From contig CBDBOV010000004.1 in NCBI GenBank assembly GCA_965208575.1, positions 1,088,001 to 1,152,000 on the forward strand: 64,000 bases of DNA, given 5' to 3'. The translations under genes and the position numbers were made by a program. Positions 39,198 to 52,300 of the stretch are shown here, piece by piece (the first letter of the stretch is position 1; each line of letters begins with the position of its first letter). This DNA comes from Spirochaetia bacterium. GTDB taxonomy: Bacteria; Spirochaetota; Spirochaetia; SZUA-6; Bin103. Below the pieces are notes generated by a model. It did no database searches and was not told the origin of the DNA. It worked only from the letters and a program-made list of their open reading frames with translations.

Positions 39198-41646
39198 ATG
39201 ACCTACGCTGGATTCTTCTCGGCAGCTTTCGGAGCGAGCGCTACGCCGTTTGCATACCAGCGAGCGCTTGCCGAGCGTGACTGGCCGGAAGCACTCATCG
39301 CACCGACAGGTCTTGGCAAAACTGCAGCGGTAGTTCTCGCTTGGCTGTGGAAACGTGCTACCGCGCCGGAGACTGCGCCACGGCGTTTGGTGTACTGCCT
39401 CCCTATGCGCACGCTCGCCGACCAGACGGCGCGCAACGTGGTGGCATGGCTGCGCCGGCTCGCTCCGCTCCTCGCTGACTGGGAGGCTCGTCTCCCGCGC
39501 CCAGAGACCGACGTCCACGTGCTCAAGGGCGGGGTGGACGAGCCGCGTTGGTACGAACACCCGGAGCGTCCGACGATTCTCATCGGGACTCAGGACATGC
39601 TGATAAGCCGCGCACTGATGCGCGGATACGCAATGAGCCGCTTCCGCTGGCCGGTCGACTTCGCCCTGCTCCACAACGACGCGCAGTGGGTGTTCGACGA
39701 AGTCCAGCTCATGAGTTCGGGGCTGGCGACTTCCACGCAGCTTGAAGGATTCCGGCGCCGATTCGGGACCGCGGTCGACTCTGCCAGCCTTTGGGTCTCG
39801 GCGACGCTGCACCCGGAGTGGCTGCGCACGGTCGATGGGCCGGCCAATCCGACCGTGTGGCGGGTGCCGGACGATTTTCCCGGCGACAAGGAGTCGCCCG
39901 CGGTGCGCAGGCGGATCGACGCGCCGAAACACATCGCACCGTCACGGGTGCGACCGGCAAGCGCCCGGAAGGCGGATCTGAGTGCCTACGTGCGGGAACT
40001 GGCCGGAGAAGCCCTCGCCTGTCATCAGCCGGGTACGATGACGCTGGTGATCCTCAACACGGTCGCCCGCGCGCAGCAGGTGCACGCCGCCCTCGTCAGG
40101 CACGGAACACCGTCCGACCGCCTGGCTCTGGTCCACTCCCGGTTTCGCCATGCCGACCGTACCGAGCAAATGACCAAGCTCCGACAACCGCTTACCACCG
40201 ACGGCCTGATCGTCGTCACCACGCAGGCGATCGAGGCTGGCGTCGACCTGTCCGCCGCCACGCTGATCACCGAACTCGCCCCGGCTTCTTCGTTGGTGCA
40301 GCGATTCGGCCGGGTGAACCGCTACGGCGAGTTGAATGAGAGCGGCGGCGCAACCGTCCGCTGGGTCGATCTTGCCGACATTGATGACACGCTCGCCGCA
40401 CCGTACGAACCGCGGGAGTTGACCACCGGCCGCGCGCGCATTGCACACCTGAGAGATGCCCGGCCGGCGCATCTTTCACCCCCGGCGCCTGAAGACTGCC
40501 GCCATCGCTGGGTAATCCGCGGTAAGGACCTGATCGACTTGTATGACACCGACCCGGACCTCACCGGATTCGACGTCGACGTCTCGCCGTACGTACGCGA
40601 CGCGGAAGACACCGACGTCCAGGTGTTCTGGCGCGACTTCGACCGTTCCGAAGGACCGGTCGGCCAGCCGCCTCCGGGGCACGAAGAGCTGTGCTCGGTG
40701 CCGATCGGACAGGCACGCGACTGGCTCAAGAAGGTGCGGGAGAAGCAGCGGCTGCGCCCGTATCAGGCCGATCCGCAGGCGCGGCGGCGCGGCGGCGCAT
40801 CGCACCACACCTCGTGGGTACCGCTCGACTCCCCCCCGTGGCCCGGTCTTGTGCTGATGTTCCACGTAGGAGCAGGCGGATACTCGTCAGCGACCGGATT
40901 CGACGCCGCCGAAACGGAGCCGGTCGTACCGGTGGGCCGCGCGGAAGAAGATGCTCGGGTAGCCGAGTCGCTCGACACGGATCCCGACAGCGAGCATCCG
41001 GCAGTGCCGCTGACCGCTCATCTCCGGCACGTGGCGACCGAGGGAGAACGGCTGTGTGACGCACTCGGGGTCTCCGCCGGCAACGCCGAGATCGCACTCG
41101 CGGCGCGCTGGCATGACATCGGAAAGTCACACCCGACGTTTCAGGAGCGCCTCGGCGTGAGCGCTACCGGCGCGCTGCTCGCCAAGGCGCCGCACTACGA
41201 CGTGACCCGAGGGCGCCCCTACTTCCGCCATGAACTGGCGTCTGCGCTGGCGTATCTCACCCACGCCGGGTGGGTGCGTGGCGCCGACCTGGTCGCGTAC
41301 CTCATCGCTGCCCACCACGGCAAGGTGCGCATGAACCTGCGTGCGCTGCCGGCGGAATCGCCGGCCACGAGCGCCGATGGCAATCCCGATACGCGCCGCT
41401 TCGCACGCGGCGTATGGGAGGGTGACGAGCTTCCGGAGGTCGACCTGCCGGCCGGCGAGAAGTGGAACGGCGGCGCACTGACCCTGGCGGTCATGGAACT
41501 GGGAGACGATGATCGAACCGGAGCGAGTTGGACCGAACGGACGCGCAACCTCCTGGAACGGTATGGGCCGTTTCGACTCGCATTCCTGGAATCCTTGCTG
41601 AGGGTCGCCGACTGGCGCGCATCGGCTACCGAAGAGGCAAACGGCT

Positions 41647-41657
<11 letters not shown>
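39198..41657 (+). CDS. cas3: Type I-G Cas3 (N-terminal helicase, C-terminal HD nuclease)
   Basis: APTGLGKT, DEVQ, SAT, QRFGRVNR; C-terminal HDIGK, HH, RVAD. Confidence 0.95.
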
Positions 41658-44911
<3,254 letters not shown>

Positions 44912-44924
44912 GTCGCCCGCTGAC

Positions 44925-46646
44925 ATGCTCGCGCTGTCGTTCAGCTTCCCGGCACATCGCTACCACGCCACGCCTTGGGGCCGTCACGTCAACGAAGCGG
45001 ACGTCGCATGGCCGCCGGAGCCGTGGCGGATACTCCGAGCCCTGATCGCCGCGTACTGGCGCAAGGGAACCTGTAATGACTGGTCGAAGGAAGATGCCAC
45101 GAGCCTGATCGATGCACTCGCCGCGGCGCCGCCGATATATCATCTGCCGGAAGGCACCGTGCATGCGCATACCCGACACTACATGCCGGCGCCGACCAAG
45201 ACCACGCTCGTGTTCGATGCGTTCGCTCACCTGCCGGACGGCGCAGCGATCGTCGCGGCGTGGCCGGAGTTGGTACTGGAGCCGCGGCAGTTCGCGCTGG
45301 CCGCCGACCTTGCCGAAGGCATCGGATACCTTGGACGCGCCGAGAGCTGGGTGGAGTGCACCGCGCTTACGAAGTGGGACGTTACTCTGGCGAACTGCCT
45401 GCCGGAGGATTACTCGGGGAACGGATCCGGCGAGATGGTGGGGGTGTTGACGCCGCTCACCGCGTCCGCTTACGCCGCGCGGCGGGCGCGCCTCCTCGGG
45501 CAGGCAGACGCCGACGAACGAGCCGCCGCTCACGCCGCCGCGAAGCGTCCGCCTACCGAAGGAGTGTTGCGCCGGAAGCGGGACCGGACCTTCGGCGTCA
45601 CGCTGCCCGAGCGCCTCATGGATGCGGTTGCGGTCGATACCGCGGACTTCCAGAAGCACGGCTGGAATCGGCCGCCCGCCGCACATGAAGTCAGTTACCG
45701 GCGCGCACCTCTCTCACCCCACCCGCGCCGTCCCGCGGGTCGAAGCGATCGCCCGCTCGATCGCTCCCGCTACACCGTAGCGCGCTATCTGCTCGCCGGC
45801 CGCCCGCAGCCGCGCATCGAAGACGCGGTCAAGATCGGCGAGCTGATGCGCGTAGCCGCGCTTTCCAAGTTCGGCTGGGAGAAGGATCCGCGCACGGGGC
45901 GCGGCAGACCCCTGGCACCGCCGGAGATCTCCGGGCGTGGCGAGGGCAACACGCCGTTGCGCGACGCGCACCACTCGCACGCGTTCTGGCTTCCGGAAGA
46001 TGCCGATGGCGACGGTCTGATCGACCACGTGTGCGTGTGCGCCGCCACCGGATTCGACGACCGCGCGCGAGTGGCATTGGATCGACTGACGCGCCTGTGG
46101 CTGCGGACCGGCACCTCGGAAGATTCGGCTGACCGCGACGGCGGGGGGCGCCGCGAGTGGCGGCTCGCGCTGGAGGGGTTCGGCACCTGCGATGAGTTCG
46201 CGCAAGCGTCCGCTTTGTTTCGCCGCGCGCGCACGTGGCAAAGCGTTACCCCCTTCCTGTCGACCGGCCACCTGAAACGGACGCGGGACGCACGCCAGGT
46301 ACGCCACATGCTGGAGCAGGGCCAACCGGTTGACGGCACCCTGGCGGACGCCACCGGCTACCCGCGCGAAGTGCGCCGTCTGCTGCAACGCCGCGGCATA
46401 CTCGCCGGCCCGCTCGCCGAGCAACTCGAGATCGAAATCCTGCCCCACATCGAGGTACACGGCGCTCCGCGCCGCCCCCTGCAATTCCACCGCTTCCGCT
46501 CCCGCGGCCGCGAAGCTGCCACCGATGCCCACGGAACCCTGCTCCGCCTCCGGTTCCCCGACGAGGTCCGCGGCCCCCTCGCACTCGGCTACGGCTGCCA
46601 CTTCGGCCTCGGCCTGTTCGCCGCCTGCGAGGAGCAGCCCACATGA
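44925..46646 (+). CDS. csb2: Type I-G Cas5/Cas6 fusion (Csb2)
   Basis: YHATPWG, WPPEPWR, YLGRAESW, WQSVTPF, GPLALGYGCHFGLGLF. Confidence 0.93.
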   Translation: MLALSFSFPAHRYHATPWGRHVNEADVAWPPEPWRILRALIAAYWRKGTCNDWSKEDATSLIDALAAAPPIYHLPEGTVHAHTRHYMPAPTKTTLVFDAFAHLPDGAAIVAAWPELVLEPRQFALAADLAEGIGYLGRAESWVECTALTKWDVTLANCLPEDYSGNGSGEMVGVLTPLTASAYAARRARLLGQADADERAAAHAAAKRPPTEGVLRRKRDRTFGVTLPERLMDAVAVDTADFQKHGWNRPPAAHEVSYRRAPLSPHPRRPAGRSDRPLDRSRYTVARYLLAGRPQPRIEDAVKIGELMRVAALSKFGWEKDPRTGRGRPLAPPEISGRGEGNTPLRDAHHSHAFWLPEDADGDGLIDHVCVCAATGFDDRARVALDRLTRLWLRTGTSEDSADRDGGGRREWRLALEGFGTCDEFAQASALFRRARTWQSVTPFLSTGHLKRTRDARQVRHMLEQGQPVDGTLADATGYPREVRRLLQRRGILAGPLAEQLEIEILPHIEVHGAPRRPLQFHRFRSRGREAATDAHGTLLRLRFPDEVRGPLALGYGCHFGLGLFAACEEQPT

Positions 46647-46779
46647 CGAACTGCCAAGGTTGCCGATGCAGACTCCCCGTAAGTGACGGTCGATCCGCGC
46701 ACACTCGGTGGATAATGCGCGCCACTGACAGACACTGGACACGAGACGGCATCCGCGACCGGCCTCCTTGGGTATAGCG

Positions 46780-47280
46780 ATGGCACGCTGGATTGGTCCC
46801 GACCGAGACATCAGCGACGTTCTGGCCGCAGCCGAGCTGTGGCGCGATCGGTGCTTCCTGGGTGGCGGCTCGGTGTTCGGAGACGAGGCCCTGTGGGCGC
46901 TGGAGAATATTCAACAGGTCCGCGAGTTGTGTCCGGCTGAGAAAAAAGAGACAAGCGATGCTGCTTGGGCGCGGCTCAAGCAGCAATTGACCAACGCGAC
47001 GCCTCAGGTGATTCGTATGACCGCAGAGGCGGTGTGGCTGGCGTACCTGTTTCCGAGCGGTCCGCCCGGCGCGTTCAAGCGCCAGCGCTTCATGGAGTTG
47101 TGGGCGCTGTCCGGTGCCGAGCGGCCACGGAGCGGGCACCTGAGCGACTCGGCACTCCAGGGCATAGGAAGTGTCTATGGCGCGCATTTTAGAATCAGCA
47201 ATCCATTGCGCTTTCTGATGGAATTGCTGGAGCGCTGGGCAGCACGACCGACCACGGCGCTGCCAAGAGAGCGCCGGTGA
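46780..47280 (+). CDS. Hypothetical protein resembling the N-terminus of McrB-like proteins, probably truncated
   Basis: AAELWRDRCF...LW...LKQQL...AEAVWLAYLF pattern recalled from such proteins; no NTPase domain follows. Confidence 0.45.
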   Translation: MARWIGPDRDISDVLAAAELWRDRCFLGGGSVFGDEALWALENIQQVRELCPAEKKETSDAAWARLKQQLTNATPQVIRMTAEAVWLAYLFPSGPPGAFKRQRFMELWALSGAERPRSGHLSDSALQGIGSVYGAHFRISNPLRFLMELLERWAARPTTALPRERR

Positions 47281-47386
47281 CTACGAAAGCCAGGAGAGTC
47301 GAGCATCGTTTGGCTTCCGCCGCCGCGCACGTTCCGCAGCGGGGACGCTCGACAAGACGCGGCGTTACGCGCGACTCTCAAGATCA

Positions 47387-48280
47387 ATGAAAGAGACCCG
47401 CCCTCGGAAGGCCAGCACGACCGCGATACTGGTGGCCGCGGTGCGCGCCAGCCACCTCAGGTGGAATCGCGCGCCAATCTTCTCTGACCAGCACGCCATC
47501 GAGCTGGTGACGCCGTTCTGGCGGCTGGTCGCCAACAACTGGTTGCTGAACCGACTCGTGGTCGACGTGCTGATCCGCACGCTCAAGCCCACGCACACCG
47601 TGATCATCCTGCGCATCAGGTACGCGGAGGACCGGCTCCATGAGGCGATCTCGTCCGGGGTGCGGCAGTACGTGATCCTCGGAGCCGGGCTCGACACGTT
47701 CGCCCTTCGCCATCGCGAGCTGGCGGATCGGCTGCGCATCTACGAAGTCGATCATCCGGCATCGCAGGAGATGAAGCGAGAGCAACTTGGCCGCGTTGGC
47801 AGCTCGCTGCCTTCGAATCTACGGTTCGTACCGGTCGACTTCGAGACCGACCGCCTCGACGAGGCACTCATCCGGGCCGGCTTCGACCGTGAAGCTCCGG
47901 CCTTCTTTGCGTGGCTTGGCGTCACGTGCTACCTGACGACAGAGGCCGTGACCGACACGATCGGCCAGGTTGCCGCTCTTGCCGCGCCGGGCAGCCGCAT
48001 GGTGCTCGACTACCGGTATCCGCGGCGCCTTGTTCCCGATGCCAAGCTGGCGCTCGTCGAGAAGATGGACCGATTCGTGGAACGCCGCGGTGAGCCGATG
48101 CTGTCAGAATACGGCCCCGAGGAGATCGACACTGAGATGGAGCGGGCCGGCTTCACGGCGATCGATCACGTCTCGCCGACCGAACAAGTGCGGCGCTACC
48201 TGCAGGAACGCCGCGACATCCCCGAGCCGCCCCCCAACTTCGCGTTCGCCCTGTTCGAGAAGAGCAGCACGAGCAAGTGA
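47387..48280 (+). CDS. Class I SAM-dependent methyltransferase (LCM-like)
   Basis: QYVILGAGLDTFA, YEVDHPA, FVPVDFE, WLGVTCYL. Confidence 0.9.
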   Translation: MKETRPRKASTTAILVAAVRASHLRWNRAPIFSDQHAIELVTPFWRLVANNWLLNRLVVDVLIRTLKPTHTVIILRIRYAEDRLHEAISSGVRQYVILGAGLDTFALRHRELADRLRIYEVDHPASQEMKREQLGRVGSSLPSNLRFVPVDFETDRLDEALIRAGFDREAPAFFAWLGVTCYLTTEAVTDTIGQVAALAAPGSRMVLDYRYPRRLVPDAKLALVEKMDRFVERRGEPMLSEYGPEEIDTEMERAGFTAIDHVSPTEQVRRYLQERRDIPEPPPNFAFALFEKSSTSK

Positions 48281-48363
48281 TCCGTGCTCCCGTTCGCTGT
48301 GGCGCGGCCCGGCGGCTCCACCTGCGGAGCGTCAGGGCGCCGCACGAACGCACCGCGGACGCG

Positions 48364-48576
48364 GACAATCCCGACCGCGAACTGGTCGAGAAGCGAGCCG
48401 ACTACGCGGAGACCGGCATCCCGGAGTACTGGATCGCCGACCCGCGCGACGAGACGATTCGCGTGCTGACGCTGCGGGGCACCGCCTACTTCGAGCAAGC
48501 TGTGTATCGACACGGCAACGCGGCGCCGTCGGCTCTGCTCGCCCGCTTCTCTGCCGAGGTGAGCACGGTGTTCGAC
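48364..48576 (+). pseudogene. Uma2-family endonuclease C-terminal fragment
   Basis: DRELVEKRADYAETGIPEYWIADP; N-terminus absent. Confidence 0.75.
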
Positions 48577-48627
48577 TCCCCGGTGGCCGGCGTGCAGCCC
48601 TTCGTATCGCCGAGCGACCGTGCTGTT

Positions 48628-49242
48628 TCATCCAAAGAGACTGCGGTAATCGCCGCGGAACACCAACGGTTGGAGACGCCTGTTCTCCTGCGTGACCGGC
48701 CCGCCCGACAGAATCTGACGTGCTCGCAGAGCATCGGAATCGTCGAGAAAGCTACCGGTATGGACGAAGTGATCGGGAAAGAGCAGGTCGAACTCCGTGC
48801 GATAGCCGTCGTCAATGATCACGAAGCGCCCGACGTCCGGGTGCGTGTCCAGGTACTGCTTTACTTCGCCTGCGCGGTAATGCGGCGCACCCAGGTGGTC
48901 GCACGTGCGATCAGTGACCAGGTGATCGAGGTCGTGAATGCGGAACAGCGCCTGGAGTTGCGCCACCGACCGCCGTTGCCGCCAATCCGAACTGACCACG
49001 ACCTTTGCGTCGTGGTCGTCGCATAGCGCGCGCAGCCGCGCCACCGCCACGGCGTGCCAGTCATGGACGACGGCTCCCAGGTCGTACTCGTTCACCTCCC
49101 GGTATTCGGCGCCGAACCGCTCGGCGAGGCGTTCCCGCAACGCGACGAGGTCGTGCTTGAAACGCTTCTGGCTCGACGGCGGCTGCAACACTCCGTCGAT
49201 GTCCAGGAAGACGATCCGGCTCGTAGGTGGGCTATCGTGCAT
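48628..49242 (-). CDS. HAD-domain protein (Swiss Army Knife RNA-repair-like, HAD_SAK_2)
   Basis: IVFLDIDGVL, VVSSDWR, RAGEV, FVIIDD. Confidence 0.8.
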   Translation of the reverse strand: MHDSPPTSRIVFLDIDGVLQPPSSQKRFKHDLVALRERLAERFGAEYREVNEYDLGAVVHDWHAVAVARLRALCDDHDAKVVVSSDWRQRRSVAQLQALFRIHDLDHLVTDRTCDHLGAPHYRAGEVKQYLDTHPDVGRFVIIDDGYRTEFDLLFPDHFVHTGSFLDDSDALRARQILSGGPVTQENRRLQPLVFRGDYRSLFG

Positions 49243-49373
49243 CAATAGGTACCATCCCGAGAGTCCTCGGTTGTGCCGCCGCGCGTCAACAACGCGTCCA
49301 ATCCGTTACTCTTGAGGAGCGGGACGAGCCTCCCTGCAAGCCTGCATGATAACTAGTTGACTGTGCAGGTGAC

Positions 49374-52300
49374 GCTTCAATGAGGCCGCCGGAATTCACC
49401 GGCGGAAACGTGGGCGGGTGGCAGATTCGCACGACCATCCCGTTCGGCGCTTCAATGAGGCCGCCGGAATTCACCGGCGGAAACGTCTGGGCAAACGAAA
49501 CGCTGAGGTGCACTTCGTCAAGCTTCAATGAGGCCGCCGGAATTCACCGGCGGAAACCCGACTCACCGCAGGTCGCAAAGCGTTTCGTAGGCTACCGGCT
49601 TCAATGAGGCCGCCGGAATTCACCGGCGGAAACCTCCCCTCGGTGTAGGACGCCCCCACGAGCGACACGCCGCTTCAATGAGGCCGCCGGAATTCACCGG
49701 CGGAAACACGCCGTAGAACCCCAGGTCCTCGTAGTGCCCCTCGTAGCTTCAATGAGGCCGCCGGAATTCACCGGCGGAAACACGCCGTAGAACCCCAGGT
49801 CCTCGTAGTGCCCCTCGTAGCTTCAATGAGGCCGCCGGAATTCACCGGCGGAAACTACTTCTTTTCGACCTTGTGAACCTCTACGTTCGTGAAGCTTCAA
49901 TGAGGCCGCCGGAATTCACCGGCGGAAACAACATCATCGGCGCGCTTGCCGGTTGCAAGCCAATTAGCGCTTCAATGAGGCCGCCGGAATTCACCGGCGG
50001 AAACGACACGCGGCCGCGGTGCTGCACGCGGGAAGCGGCGCTTCAATGAGGCCGCCGGAATTCACCGGCGGAAACCGTGGTGAGCGCCATGCTTGCCTGT
50101 CTGGTGTTCATCATGCTTCAATGAGGCCGCCGGAATTCACCGGCGGAAACATCACACAAAGCCTGCCGAGCGCATGGTCGCTAATCTCGCTTCAATGAGG
50201 CCGCCGGAATTCACCGGCGGAAACCGCATACCTGCTCGGTCGTGCCGTCAGCACGGCGCAGCGTGCTTCAATGAGGCCGCCGGAATTCACCGGCGGAAAC
50301 CAGCTTCCTCGTATGCTGCAGCAGTTAGCAGAATATGTCTGCTTCAATGAGGCCGCCGGAATTCACCGGCGGAAACCAGGTTGCACAGCCCGGCATCCAC
50401 GGGGTGTGCGAAGCTTCAATGAGGCCGCCGGAATTCACCGGCGGAAACGCCGACCCGGAGGTCACGTTCAACACGCGCCCGGCGGGGCTTCAATGAGGCC
50501 GCCGGAATTCACCGGCGGAAACTTGAAGATCATAGACCGAGACGTCGAAATGCGGCACGGCTTCAATGAGGCCGCCGGAATTCACCGGCGGAAACACGGC
50601 ATAATCATCTACCGGAGTAGCGGAATTGGAAACGCTTCAATGAGGCCGCCGGAATTCACCGGCGGAAACTACGCTTAGCTTCCGGGTTCTTAATCCGTGT
50701 AGATTCATGCTTCAATGAGGCCGCCGGAATTCACCGGCGGAAACCATCCTGTACATGATGGTACATTTGAGTACCATTAGGCGGCTTCAATGAGGCCGCC
50801 GGAATTCACCGGCGGAAACACCGATGAAAATTCTGGAGCGCCGGCGCGAACGGCTCCTGCTTCAATGAGGCCGCCGGAATTCACCGGCGGAAACATGTAT
50901 CGCGGCGCCGCGCGCGTCCGATACCTGCACGCTTCAATGAGGCCGCCGGAATTCACCGGCGGAAACCAGCGCTGCGTTTCGATGGCGCTGGCAACCCAGC
51001 CATCGAGCTTCAATGAGGCCGCCGGAATTCACCGGCGGAAACCACCCATAGGCCGACCGGGGTTTGCGCCGGCCCCTTCCGCTTCAATGAGGCCGCCGGA
51101 ATTCACCGGCGGAAACCCCGCCCGGATCTCGGGTGGAAGACAAGATCGCCTGGGCGCTTCAATGAGGCCGCCGGAATTCACCGGCGGAAACACCCGAACT
51201 GACCCGGAGGGTACAGTTGACGAAAAGCCGCTTCAATGAGGCCGCCGGAATTCACCGGCGGAAACGGCTCACAGGACTTGATACACGCCGCGCAACAACA
51301 GGCTTCAATGAGGCCGCCGGAATTCACCGGCGGAAACACCGGGACGGACGTTACCCTGGAGACGGAGACGCACGCTTCAATGAGGCCGCCGGAATTCACC
51401 GGCGGAAACGCGTTCTGGGAACGACTCGACGAGGAGTACGGCAACACCGCTTCAATGAGGCCGCCGGAATTCACCGGCGGAAACCCGTTCGAGCAATTCA
51501 TGGCGCAGCGTGAGGCGCTGCGCTTCAATGAGGCCGCCGGAATTCACCGGCGGAAACTACTATTGTCGCACATCCGTCAACCCCCGTCAACCCCTGCTTC
51601 AATGAGGCCGCCGGAATTCACCGGCGGAAACGTCACCGGACTCGGCGCGTGGATCGACGGCGCGTTCGGGGCTTCAATGAGGCCGCCGGAATTCACCGGC
51701 GGAAACCCGTCCCCTCCGGGATCGGATCACTCCCATCATCCCCGCGCTTCAATGAGGCCGCCGGAATTCACCGGCGGAAACACTGACCCCGGAGGGTCAA
51801 CCAGTGACGAAAAGTCAGCTTCAATGAGGCCGCCGGAATTCACCGGCGGAAACACGCCGTTCAGCGCGACATTGAGCGACTGCCGATCGCCGCTTCAATG
51901 AGGCCGCCGGAATTCACCGGCGGAAACACGCCGTTCAGCGCGACATTGAGCGACTGCCGATGGCCGCTTCAATGAGGCCGCCGGAATTCACCGGCGGAAA
52001 CGTTTCGACCGCCTCAGGATGCCCGCACAGCGCGATTCCGCTTCAATGAGGCCGCCGGAATTCACCGGCGGAAACCAGCGGCCGCCGTGCCAGCGCAGAT
52101 ACTCATTCACCGCCGCTTCAATGAGGCCGCCGGAATTCACCGGCGGAAACCCATCCGCACCACCCTTGTCGAACCGCTGGAGGAGGGGGCTTCAATGAGG
52201 CCGCCGGAATTCACCGGCGGAAACTGCGCCGACGAGGTCGTCCGCTTGTGTGAAGATGACGCCGCTTCAATGAGGCCGCCGGAATTCACCGGCGGAAACC

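Noticed and set aside
49306-49341. Possible degenerate terminal repeat (TGAGG...AAGC)
   Set aside because: Identity to the repeat is too low and the implied spacer would be only 32 nt
51192-51229. CTGA...GAAA in spacers as a hammerhead ribozyme core
   Set aside because: Lacks CUGANGA and the required stems
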